Source: Takakia lepidozioides (lineage: Eukaryota > Plantae > Bryophyta). From it: 64,000 bases of DNA. Position 1 is the stretch's first letter, and every line of letters starts with the position of its first letter. Made by a program: the position numbers and the translations under genes. This document shows positions 36,972 through 49,119 of this stretch, piece after piece. The notes beneath the pieces were generated by a model. That model was not told where the DNA came from. It searched no databases and saw only the letters and a program-made list of their open reading frames with translations. The DNA is taken from assembly GCA_030704615.1 (NCBI GenBank), contig CM060732.1, forward strand, positions 60,822,001 to 60,886,000, in the 5' to 3' direction.

Positions 36972-39900
36972 CTAGAGCCAGGCGGGGTTGAGCAAAGGTG
37001 TAACAACTGCTTTCACTTGTGTGTAGTTGTGCAATCCATAGCTACCATTCTCACGCCCGATCCCACTCTGCTTGTAGCCACCGAATGGAACTGCGACATC
37101 TATGATGTCATAACAATTGGTCCAGATAATCCCAGCTTTCAAGGCACGACTGAGAGTACTGGCTATATCCATGTTTTTGGTGAAAATACCTGCAGCCAGT
37201 CCATAGGGTGTATCGTTTGCCCGCCGTACCACCTGGAGAAAGGAGAACACATCAATGAGATAGTAGCCTAGCGGGTCTCTGGAAAATTCCAGGCTCTTAG
37301 TGTGTATGGACTAAAACTAGGTATCATGGATCTGATTCCAGCTTTGGCTGCTTAACTGTCAGAACTGATGAAGATACAAGGAGATAACTTCTGCCAGACC
37401 GTGCCATGGCAAGAACATCATGCTTTTGCAAAAGAAGGTTTACTTACAGTTAAAAAGATCTCAACTACTGTGCACCCTGAAACATACCTCCTCTAAAGTC
37501 TTGAACTTTGAAATTGACTGCACAGGTCCAAAGATTTCCTCCTTGAAAATTTTCATGTCATCTTTGACATCACTGAAGATGGTGGGCTTGATGTAGTAGC
37601 CCTTGCTTCCCAAACGACCTCCACCTTTACAGCCAGCATTCACCAAAGAAATTATAAAAGATGTGCAGAACTAAAACTGAGTGATGCAGTCAATGAGCAG
37701 TAATACCCATGATTCCTGGTCCCCCATTTGCCTTCTGTTGGGAGGAGAACATCCTAACCACCTTTCGGATTTTTTGAACTTGATGAACTTTCGGTCAAAT
37801 AGTACCGAATAACCTAACAATTCAAGAATTGTTTGTGGTGGGATACATGACTGCAGCATGAATCACTGAATCTTCACTCAGGGCATCTGCACTGAGAAGG
37901 ATTGGCCCTCTCTTCTTCTGTCCCTCTTCTAAGTCCCACTACCGGAGTGAGCCCCTAAGGTAGTCTGTTCCCTTTTGTTCCCCCCACACTGGGCGCGGGG
38001 TCAATGGCCACAAGGCACAGCAAACAACGTCTCATGAGTACATTTCTTGGGTCAATGGCAATACAACCACAGCATGATACAGCTGCAGTACTGAGATATT
38101 CCACCACATACTTTCTACTAGATGATGTCCATGGAAAGAGTATCAATTAATGCTTGATTCCTGTGACTGAATCCTTGTATGTACTACAACAATTTTAGTT
38201 TGAGTCTCGACCCCCAGGAACACACTGGCTTGGATAGGCTTCATATCCCGCAGGTTATGTGCCCATAAGGTAAAATCGGCAGCACATTCTCTCCCTGTTT
38301 CTCTCTGAGGATGCCCTTGTTGCACTAGGCACCAGGCTGTCAAGTATGCCAGTCCTTAAACCAACAGTGAATTTCCTATATGCAGATTGTCATGAGCGCG
38401 CAAGTGCTACTATGCTGAGGTCAGGCTCAGCTTCCACACCCTGGTGAGATGAACCCACAACCAGGTCCGGGACCATCATATCCCATGGAAACTATGCCCC
38501 AAAGGGCATGCCATGGGTACAACATAATATCCGGATGATACAATTTTTCCCCTAGACAATTGATATCACATCCACCTTGTCAATCCCGAATCAAAGTGCA
38601 CACACCTTTACAGATTCAAGGACAAAAGCAATCTGGCCATACCTGTCACGAGCCTTGCTCCTTGCTCCTGTCCAACATCGATGTATCCCAAAATTTTGTC
38701 AAACTGTGTTTTGTCTACTTGTGGTCCCTGCTCCACCCCATCCTTGAAAGGGTCACCGACGACCCTTTTCAATGCCCAGGCTTTGGCTTTTTCTAGAAAT
38801 TCATCATAGATCTTTTCATGCACAAAGGTGCGTGAACCAGCACAGCAGCATTGGCCCTGGTCGAAGAGAGCAAAATGGGCGATCTCGACAGCAGCATCTA
38901 TGTCTGAATCCTCACAGATAATAAAGGAACTCTTTCCACCCAATTCCAGTGTCACCGGCTTCAGATTGCTCCTTGCAGCTGCGGTCATGATAAGCTTACC
39001 GACCTCAGTTGAACCTGCCAGCCAAATCAAAATGGAATCCTCACTGATTCTGCAAAGTTTCTTTTTCATGAATGACCACACAATCCACATTCAGAGAAGC
39101 CTCCAGATGGAAAGCACCACAAGCCAAAGCATCTGACAATTTATCACCTCACCTCCAAAATACCCTTGGCTGGGCAGCTTTATAAGTGGTATCAGAATAT
39201 CTTTTTGTATCTGAAAATGCAGGAGTTTTGAGTTGAAAAAATCTATCAAACTGCTGCAATCCACATTGCAAGGCCAGTTTCAATCCACAAACAACTTCTT
39301 CCAACTAAGGCTGGACCAGTTGAGAAGATCTTTTGATTGTACCAACCCAAAAAAAATCATGCAACTACCCTGTCTCCAAAGGTTGAGATGTGCTAATGCT
39401 ATGATCAACGTCACAGAGTGATTGGTCGCTCTTGGTGGAATTACCTGTGAATGCCACTTTATCAATATCCATGTGGCTTGCAATTGCTGCGCCTGCTGTA
39501 GGACCATAGCCTGGTACAATATTAAGAACTCCCGGTGGAATACCAGCGTCAAGAGCAAGCTTTCCTGCCAGAAGGGCAGATAGAGGAGTTTGTTCCGCTG
39601 GCTTCAGCACAACCGTGTTTCCAGTTGCCAGGGCTGGCGCTACCTTCCAACTAAACATCACAACGGGAAAATTCCATGGAATAATTTGGCCCACTACTCC
39701 AATCGGTTCATGGTAAGTGTGTGCCAGGTAGGATCCCTCTGTTGGTATAGTCTGGCCAGTAATCTTATCGGCCCAGCCTGCATAGTAACGGAAAAGCTCG
39801 GGGACCTCTGGAACCTCAGAGTATCGGGCTTGCAAGTAGGGCTTCCCACTGTCCAGTGTATCAAGCGCTGCGAGCTCATCTGCATGCTGCTCCAGCAAAT

Positions 39901-40336
39901 CGGCATACTTGAACAGGATCCGAGCTCTCTCACTAGCGGGCAACCTTGGCCAGGGGCCTTCCTCAAATGCTTTCCTGGCAGCTGCCACCGCCCGATTCAC
40001 ATCCTCTTCGTCTCCCTCGGCTACATGAGCGATAACTTCCTCACTTCTGGGATCGATCGTTGCAAACGTCTTGCCGGAAGCAGAATCCACAAACTCCCCA
40101 TTGATGAGCAGCTTGGTGTACTGCACCTCCACGGGTGCCTTGGAAGGGGTCTCCAGCTCCTCCGCTGCTGCAGCAGCGCCATAGCTCCGCACAGCTGAAG
40201 CCCTCACACCCTCCCGAATTGTTGATGCGTAGAGCGACCCATGATTCCTCTGCGACACTCTGCTGCCTGCCGAAGCACGCAGCATTCCAGACAGCAGCGA
40301 CGCCGCACTCCTGGCCTTACTCGCCATGCCTGCCAT
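36972..40336 (-). CDS. ALDH2B: Mitochondrial aldehyde dehydrogenase family 2 (ALDH2B-like), 4 exons
   Basis: Exons 39445-40336, 38643-39014, 37488-37624, 36972-37232. R/S/A-rich presequence; motifs [47 protein letters not shown]; C-terminus NPAWL. Confidence 0.93.
37930..38042 (+). mobile_element. Further LINE 3'-end copy in ALDH2 intron 2
   Basis: CTGGGCGCGGGGTCAATGGCCACAAGGC..CAAACAACGTCTCATGAGTACA matches the family. Confidence 0.75.
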
Positions 40337-41004
40337 CTCCGTCTGCTCAATTCCCCTCTCTCCCCGCCCCCTGCACCACCATCAACACTCCTCACAAATA
40401 TAGAAACCGATCACAAATATCTGAAACAACACTAGAGTTATCCGTAAAGTGAGCCTGAGTTTGGTACCCTGTTTGGACCCGAGTTACGGGTTTCATCCTG
40501 AGTTTGAGTTAATCCCTAAAGTGCAGAAAACTGAGCACGAAGTCAGAAAAGAGGGCGCCAAATCATAAACTGGGGATGAGGGCAACCGCCGCTATGGCGA
40601 GAGCTCGAGCTCACGAGCTCTGACCTCCGCCTCGACGACTAACAAAACTCGGCACCAAACTCCTGCCACCCCCATTTTCCTAGTCCTGGCAGTTTGGTCC
40701 CGTGTTTTTTTCTAGTCGGACAGCTTGATCCTGAGTTTCGAGTTTCATACCGAGTTTTGGCCAAACTAAGGGTTTTCATGCCGAGTTTGGGACCCTTTCC
40801 GGTTAACTCTACTGTGTTGTCCCAACATTCAAAAACTGATCGCTTTTTTGAAGCCGAGCTGACATCCGCAAGGGTGGCATGTACGCCGGGAAACCTCCCC
40901 CCGGCAGCCTTGCCGGAGATCATGTCAAACCTCCCAACCCTCCTTCCGCACGGTTTTGCTCATCCCCGCGATTGCGCACGCATCCCGTGTGGTCCCCTTA
41001 CTAA

Positions 41005-41303
41005 CCTAGCTTATTAGGCAATAATTAATTCAAAATCAAGTGCCTAATTAAATTTAGAACATTTTTGGAAAATTTGCCTAAAACTTGGAAACAATTCCTG
41101 AGAAGTGCCTAATTGCTCGATTCTATTTTCAAAACCATTATGTTTTTTTAAAAAGAAAATTACCTCAACAACAAGGTCGACTTTGATACATGCCTAATGT
41201 TTGGAAATTACCTAGGTGAGGTGCCTAAATAATAAAAACGAATCTGCCTAATAATATTCCATTTTTATTAATTATTAGGCGCGAAAGTGCCTAATAAGCT
41301 AGG
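41005..41303. mobile_element. Tourist-like (PIF/Harbinger) MITE
   Basis: Perfect 16-bp TIRs CCTAGCTTATTAGGCA / TGCCTAATAAGCTAGG with a TAA TSD on both sides and an AT-rich interior. Confidence 0.85.
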
Positions 41304-42384
41304 TAAGTGCGGTATGATCCCCTCCCATCCCCCTTTTGTGGTCCCCCATCCGTCCATTCTGATTCAATGGTGCAGATAGGTAGTGTCCATGCCAAATGGG
41401 TTAAGCAAAACATGCGGGCATTTAGAAAGGGGGTGGGGGAAGATTTGACAAGGGCCCAATTGCAAGAGGGCAGGTTTATCTCTTGCAGCTCCGATGTTTC
41501 TTGGAACTAACATCAGCCTTGGTCAACCAAATGTTGTAGCTTATGGATGTTGTAGTGGCCGCAACGTAGGATGAAATACTAATATTCACGTAGATGACGA
41601 GGATGATGGAGGATGACAAGCATAGTATGAACTTGGTAGCAATAGACGCCAAACACTCTTATCTCTTATGGGGGTTGGTATCACATGAGCATAGCGGTGA
41701 GGACAACCCACGGTCATGGGAGTTTCATGATTTTTTAACCTCGGTCATAGGAGTTATATGTTTTCAGAATGGAATAAAATCATAAGCGGATACAGAGGAC
41801 TGGTGCATTCATATAGTACATCTGCACCAATCCAGTGAGACGAAACCTTCAATAGTGTAGCCAAAAACCCTAAACCTATAGCGGCGGCGGCGAGTTTCGC
41901 ATTGAGAAATACTTGGTGATATGGGCACAAACCTAAGCAGCGGTGGGTTTCGCCTTGAGGAAAGAAGCCTTAAAAGAAAAAATATCGCAACAATTTCATG
42001 CAACAAAAACATAATAGTTGTAGTTGATACAAAATACAATTCTAATGTTATTGAAATGTGATGCTAAATAGAACTCGGAAAATGTATTTGTTCCTTCGTC
42101 TGAAAATAACACCAAACACACAGTAAGCAGAAAATATAGCGATATTGATTGAAATAATTTACAGGACAATATAGACATAATAACAAATGATGATACTTTC
42201 GCTTACTGAAATTTCCTTTAGGAACGAAGTTAACATGTACATCTGTCATTTAGATCATCAATAAAACCAGGATATTCCTTCTTGTGCCGTGAATTTTATC
42301 ACAGAATCTGAGAAGGTCTGAGATTGTTTCACTTTGATAACATCAATGTCGACAATTTTTAGTAACGAATTCAAAGATTGAAAA

Positions 42385-44145
42385 AAATTCTCAACACGAA
42401 ACTTGTGTCTGTCATTGAATTTGTTCAAAGCACTACATGCATTGAACAAATATGGACGGATATGAACTAAAAGATTTTGAAATACTTCGCCGTAACAAAA
42501 GGGTTTCTCAACACGAAACTCTTATCCGACTGTGGTTGTGTACAAAAATCTGTATACTTTTTAAACAATATGGATGAATACGAACTGAGGGATTTGAACT
42601 CCTTTGCCATAAAAATAGAGTTTCTCAACACGAAACTTTTGTCTGACAATGTTATGGTTTAAGAATTTGCATGCTTTAGAACCAATATGGACGGATATGA
42701 ACTCAGAGACATAAACTGCTAGTTCGGCGTAGCAAAAAAAATTCTTAACACGAAACTCTTCTCTAACAGTGTTTTTTATTCAAAAACCTGCATGCATTTG
42801 GAACAATAAGGAGGGATACTAACTGACTCGGTTTGAACTCTTTCGCCTTGATAAAAGAGTTTCTGTCGCGGCCCTTTGCCTTGAGGGCAGGGGGTCGGGA
42901 CACGTGTGGGGCTGCCTCTGTGGTGGGGGCAGTGGCCACATTAGTTGCGGGGGCTGAAGCACCCTTGAGTGCCCAAGGCATTCAAGGAGGCGGAGGCGCT
43001 CACTAGGTGGAGCCCCGCACACCGGATTGCGGTGGGGGTGGTTCCACGAGGGGTGGTGTTAGCTTAGTGGGACTTAGTGGGGGTGGCATAGGACTCACCA
43101 TGGGGGCGGAGTCCTTGTGGTGGGAGTCGTGGGGAGTCTTGGGACTCATCACGGTCCAATGGGACCGTGGTGGGTGGGCCAAGACTCACCGCGACTCATC
43201 ACCGGGAATCGAGGGTTTTCGTGGTGGTTCGCCATAAAATGGCATGGTTGTTTGTGAAACCCCCGCGGACAGTCACAGAAGTATATATAGGGAGTAGTTG
43301 GTGACCAAAAACTAGTGAGTAAGCGTGCGAGCCGGAAAGCGACCAAGGTGTGGGGAGCTATTCCGGACTGCCATCGACCAAAGGGAATTTCCACTAGGCC
43401 CAAATTGGGAGAGGGTCTTGTGGAGGAGTAAAGGGGGACCGTTATGTCCCGGTGAGCAACCGAAGCTCCGAGTTGGCCCGGCGGCCAGTTAGGGAGTTAG
43501 GGGCGCGCATCAAAGCGAGTAACTATGACTTGAAGGGAAGCTTACTGAAGTGAGGTGCGCGACAGTTTCTCAACACGAAACTCTCGTCTAACATTGTTTT
43601 AATTCAAAAACATGCACAAAAGACTGCATGCTTTTGAACCAATATAGAGGGATATGACCTGAGGGATGTAAACTTATCGAGGGATATGGACTGAGGGATT
43701 TGAACTCTTTGTCGTGACAAAAGAGTTTCTCAAAACAAAATTCTTGTCTGACAGGGGTTTTATTCAAACATCTGCATCGTTTCCTCAACACGAAACTTTA
43801 TCTGAAGATGTTTTTGGAGGGATAGGAACTGAGGGATTTGAACTACTTGGCCGCAACAAAAGAGTATTTCAACACAAAACTCTTGTCTGACAGTATATTT
43901 GTTCAAAAACCAATATGCTTTAAGACAATATGGAGGGATATAAATTGAATGAATTGAATTGCTTTCCTGTAACAAAAGAGTTTCTCAACAAGAAACTCAT
44001 GTTTGACATTGTTCTTGTTCAAAAACTTGCATGTTGTTGAACCAATTTTGGAAGATATCAACTGAGGGATTTGAACTGCTTCGTCGTGGCAAAAGAGTTT
44101 TTCAACACGAAATTCTTGTCTGACAGTGTTTTGTTCAAAAACATG
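42385..44145. repeat. Degenerate tandem array of ~115-bp units, interrupted by a solo LTR
   Basis: Recurring GTTTCTCAACACGAAACTCTTGTCTGACA...ACTGAGGGATTTGAACT. Confidence 0.85.
42864..43564 (+). mobile_element. Solo LTR (701 bp) with a 5-bp TSD
   Basis: Termini TGTCGCG...CGCGACA, GTTTC TSD at 42859-42863 and 43565-43569. The last ~270 bp match the LTR at 57442-57707. Confidence 0.9.
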
Positions 44146-45199
44146 TGCGATTTTTTCTGGGCATCTCAAGAATATTTTTCATATTTTTTCATGTTTGTGA
44201 GCATCATAACTGCACGCTACCCAACTTCTCTTCAGGGATAAGAGTTTCGCACTACAAATGCATATCTCAAGTTGTTAAGGGGAGAGAGTTTCACTCTACA
44301 AAAATATACATGGGTATGGTTTTTAAAAATGACATATTCATCATTTTCAGCTACAGTGTGATTTCTTCTTAGGCTGGTTTTCGCCCTGCGAAATTATCCA
44401 TGGGTGATGATCTTAAATTTAAGGTTAGGCCTCACTTCCCACTCTCATGCCTGTTATGAAAAAGGGCCTGATATCGTGTGAACACAACGTGAGAAAAAAC
44501 CACGCTTATAGGGTAACATGTTCATCAGGTATAGAGGCTACTTGTTCTTTATGTTTTAGTTTCGCAAAATTGTTAGTTTCGCCAATTCCGTTTTGCTGTG
44601 GAAATTTCGCGGAAATTTCGCGGAAATTCGGGGAATATGCCTTTGTGCTCACGCGCTACCTAACCTCTCTCTTTTTAGCATCTGCCATGCCACCATATTC
44701 TTTCAAGAACCCCAAGGGCATATTATCAGAGCCGGACTCCATGGGCACTCCCACTCCCCCCAAGCAAGCGCCCCCGGGAGGGAATCGCCCATTAAAAATG
44801 AGAAAAAAGGTAGCTCCATGGACACATTTCCATTCACCCCTTTAGAAATCTTGGCACTAATTGCCATGTGGGCCCATGACATAGTGAATGACAATTAATA
44901 TAAATTTTGGATGAAGATGTCAAAAATCATTCCCTCTCTTAAAATCTAACCTACGGTGGATGGAAATCAATAGGATTCTGTGAGGCTGCGAGCCCCGCAG
45001 TAGGAAAAGACAAAGGTGTCAATAAGGAGCGCAGCGAAACTCGATCACCTTTTGTGAAGGGACGTCTTTTTTGCAAATGGGCGATCCCGTGGGGGTGCCC
45101 CTTAGGAAATATTCTATTTCGACCAATAGCGCCTCGTTAATCTTGGGGGCTATTCATTGCAGCTGCCTATGGCACCCGTTTTATATATATATATAATAA

Positions 45200-45532
45200 A
45201 GAGAACAGGGGATGGAGGCCCTAGAAATATATTAAAAAACAACAGGAGAAAATAACCCGTGAGATAAAGCCGTAAAGCGTATTGAGGGGATACCACCCCG
45301 AGTCCCGGCTCTTATTTCACACGAGAGAGAGAAAGGAGAGAAAGAAAGAAGTATGGAGAATTGTTGTTTTTTTTAATAACTATTGTTGTTATTATTATTA
45401 TATCCACATTTGGGTTAGGTACATTTTTTTCTGTTTACAAACAGTACAAAATGTACATTCAAGGGGTTTAATTTTTTTCCCTTCAATACTTAAAAATAAA
45501 GTTTCATCTAGGGCCACTGTCCCCTGTTATTA
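45200..45532. mobile_element. MITE-like element with AACAGGGGA..GGCCCTAG inverted ends
   Basis: Imperfect TIRs at ~45204-45224 and ~45508-45528. Related motifs at ~9359 and ~45815. Confidence 0.45.
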
Positions 45533-46706
45533 AAAAAAAACAAAAACAAATCCGAGTTTGAGAGGGAAATCAACTGGAAACATGTCAAGCTCTCTTCGAA
45601 AGCATCAAGGCTCCACTTCCGTTGAGCCCCGTGCTATGATCTTGCTCGATTGTTGTTCCCTACTTCTGGGTTCTTTCTTCAAGCTCTGCCCGGTTTATCT
45701 TCCCTTGGGGCCCTCTTTTGAGGGGTTTAGTTCATTTTTTCACATATTGTGGTGTGTGTGCCTTACGGTTGGCCCGGGGATTTTACTTTTTTTTTCCCCT
45801 AATAAGTTTTCTCACGGCCCAGGCTGTCCCCTGTTATTTTAAAGAAAGAAAAATGTAATAGAAATGATGAGATAATCAGCAGTTTTCTTTCTCTTTTTCT
45901 CTTTTCTCGTTTTTGAAAATTTGCCTGTGGGGCCACCTGAATATTCTACCCACTGACACCCATGTGGTGAATAAAACAATTGACTTCTTTAAATGTGTGG
46001 CTATGTGACAAGTGACACGTTTTAATCAAACGCCTACTATTCCACCAGTGGCGCATTCTAGCAAAAGTTTTTGGATTTTATGCCCCATACTTGATTTGTC
46101 ACTACAAAAAGCTGATCCATTTGTCCGGTCAACATCGCCCACATCGCCCGCGAATTTTTGGTAGCCAGACTCTTGGCTCCCTTGTCCCCCACCTGCGCCA
46201 TTCCCAAGGCCCAACACGCCTGGCCCCTAGGGCATGTGTGAGCCCGCCCCTCGATCACACACGAGCCAAAATGGCAAATCTTCTTTGGGCGCCAAACTGG
46301 CAAAACCTCAAAGCCAACACCTTGCGAGCTCCTGGCGGGCCGGCAACCCTACCCGCCCAGCCCGCCACCCGTCTCAATGTTATCCCTCCGGAAGGATGTT
46401 CATCTTAATTCTTCTTGAAACGTTCTATATAGGATTCCAACATGGCGGTATACCCTCCGATAGGTTGTCCCCCCTAGTTGCAAATTTGGACGTGACATGG
46501 CGTCGACGCGTCAGCGTCACGTCCGACATCAGCGGCAGACGTACGTCACGTCCTAAACCGACGTTACTGTACATAAATATGTTTTTATTTTATTTTACTA
46601 TTGACTATTTACTATGAGAACCGACGTGGCAACCGATGTGGCCTCATTACGTGGACTTCATTAATTATCTGTAAAATTCATATATTATGATTTATATTGT
46701 CAATCA

Positions 46707-47080
46707 TGCGACCGTCAGCAAAGGTTGGTCGGACAAATTTTTATATTTTTTAGATAGGTGCGACCACCAGAAGGGGGTGGTCGCACATTTTTTCTTATTT
46801 TTTAAATGGGGCGACCACCAGCAGGTGGTGGTCGCACATTTGTTTTTTAAAAAGAAATTGGGTGCGACCACTAGCAGGTGTTGGTCGCAATTTTTTCTTT
46901 TTTTTTTTAATAGGTGCGACCACCAGCAGAGGATGGTCGCACATTTTTAATTATTTTTTAAATAGGTGCGACCACCAGCAGGGGATGGTCGCACATTTTT
47001 TAATTATTTTTTAAATGGGTGCGAACACCAGCCGGTGGTGGTCGCAGACTTTTTCTTTTTTGTTATTAGGTGCGACCGCT
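46707..47080. repeat. Array of ~8 palindromic units (TGCGACCACCAGCAGGNGGTGGTCGCA) with T-rich spacers, period ~52 bp
   Basis: Units start at ~46707, 46757, 46809, 46861, 46913, 46964, 47018 and 47069. Confidence 0.9.
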
Positions 47081-47442
47081 CCCTGGACACGTGGCGAGGC
47101 GTGAATGGGCAGCAGAGGCAGTCGCACGTCAGGCCTCTCCAGGCAGTATATAATGGTCTACCCCTCATTCCCAACCCACTTTTTTCCCTCTCTGTGAGTG
47201 CGGTTCTGGGGCTTCTTGGAGTTTGAACTTCGGTGGCCAGGACTGAGCGTGGGGGGGGGAGAAAGTGGATTTGTGTGAGGGAGGAGTTTTTGCCTTTTTT
47301 TCTTGGGACTGCGGGAGAGTTTGCTTTGGGTACTATACCAATAGAGGGTGAGGAAATTGGTCTGCTATTATATAAGGTTATCAATAGTCTGGATTTAGTT
47401 TTCCGTTACGAAGCCGCATCTATTCCGCAGAGTACTTTCATC

Positions 47443-48950
47443 ATGTCCGGAAACGTTGCTTCGAACGCAGTGTCAGGGGGTTCCTCGGGAAGTGGGCGTA
47501 AAGATAGGAGCGTAAACATGCACATGAACGGGAAAGTCAGGTCAACAAAAAAGACTATCCAAGCGTAGAGGCCGCGAAGGTGGTGAAGCAAGTAGTACTG
47601 GATTATTTGAAGGACAATGACATAATACGTTTGAATCTTTTGTATGTCCGACATGGGAATGAGGGGTTCCTTAGATTCCAGCACAATATGGAGATTAGAA
47701 TGAGGGAGGCTTTGGCCAGGGATGAATGTGAGGAGGTCAGGGCGAAGTTCCAGTTCACGAAATGGATGGAGGACCGGGCCCATGATGCCACATGGAATCT
47801 GAGACAAACCATGGACAAGTTTGTTACGAGAACACCTGTAGCTGAAGGTCGCATGCCAACTTCCGAGGAGGAGTTATTTGTGCTTGTGGATTGGTGGTCT
47901 GACATGGCAAAGGCCCACGCCAAATGACGTACAAAATCACTCCCATGGAAGGCAGGGTCCTCGTCCGCGGATGCGGCATTGAACGTGAGATACATATCCA
48001 CAAACGCACAGGTACAACAACTCGACGCGCCCAAACAAGGAGGGTATGGTACAATTCGGAGGGTTAGAATTGTTGGGGATCAATTCATTCCTCCATCTTG
48101 GGAACTAGCAGGGAAAACGCCCAGGGAAGCAAATGTTGAGCTTGCCAAAGTCCAACATAACAATGAGGCGTTGGCTGTAAAGTTCCATCATTTCGGCATC
48201 ATAAAGTATTTTGCGTTGCATCCACGTCGAAATGAAGGTTACACACATTGGTGGAATGGGGGGACCATACGATCATGGTTGAGTATTGATAGGAAATGGG
48301 GGAACGATCGGGATAACAAGGAGTTAATGGAACGACGGGGGACGGAGTAGGAAATGCAGGAGGTCAACCGACTGGTTCGATTCCGACAGAATCGCACCCA
48401 ATTGGCATGGGCGCTTTTGCACATCATGCTCAACGTCCATAATCACCACCTCTTGCACAACGACATGTCCCCCGACAACATCTTATTGCATTTTCCACAA
48501 GGGTCTGAAGATGTGTATATCGGGGTATGCGATTGGGGGATGGCCTCCACGATGGATGACCCAAAAACCACGTTGTACATTTTCGAGAGCAGAGACAAGA
48601 TGATAAAGACTCTCGTACATAGATGGTGGATTGCACCTGAAATTGCAATTGTTCATAATGTAGCCAACAACCAGTCAGATGGCACACCTCGTAGGCCCCA
48701 TCTAACCGTACCATCAGAAACCTTTGCAATTGGGAAGATAGCCCAGGCAATAAATAGGGGTAACACGTTCGATACAAGTCTGTTCAACGATATGTCTACT
48801 GGAACCTATTTTGTTTCTGCTCTGGAAAACTTGTGTGTAGACACAGTAGAGTTGCGGTACAAACTAGAAAATGTTGTGAAGCGTTTCATGACAGGGCTAT
48901 TCAATTGGTCTGAGCCCAAAAATTGCTGGAGGATGGATAGAAACTTGTAG
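47443..48950 (+). pseudogene. Decayed non-RD Ser/Thr protein kinase-like gene
   Basis: Motifs QGGYGTIRRV, LAGKT, HNNEAL, HNDMSPDNILL, CDWG, WWIAPE. ORFs 47580-47927, 47979-48350 and 48354-48950 share one frame separated by TGA/TAG, with a frameshift near 47550. TATA-like sequence at ~47147. Confidence 0.8.
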
Positions 48951-49119
48951 ACCTCTGACTGTACATCATGTTTGAATAGATGTTGTTTTCAATTGTGTTT
49001 GTCTCGTACCATAATGTTTTAATGGTTTGTTACTTGGCCATGGCACCTGGGTCCATCATATGGGATAATCCAGCACCACACCCACGAATCTTGAAAAGTG
49101 ACAGTGTACACCGAGTCAA

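Noticed and set aside
46707-47080. CRISPR-like array of palindromic repeats
   Set aside because: The spacers are low-complexity T-tracts similar to each other, the repeats are degenerate, there are no cas genes, and the context is eukaryotic.
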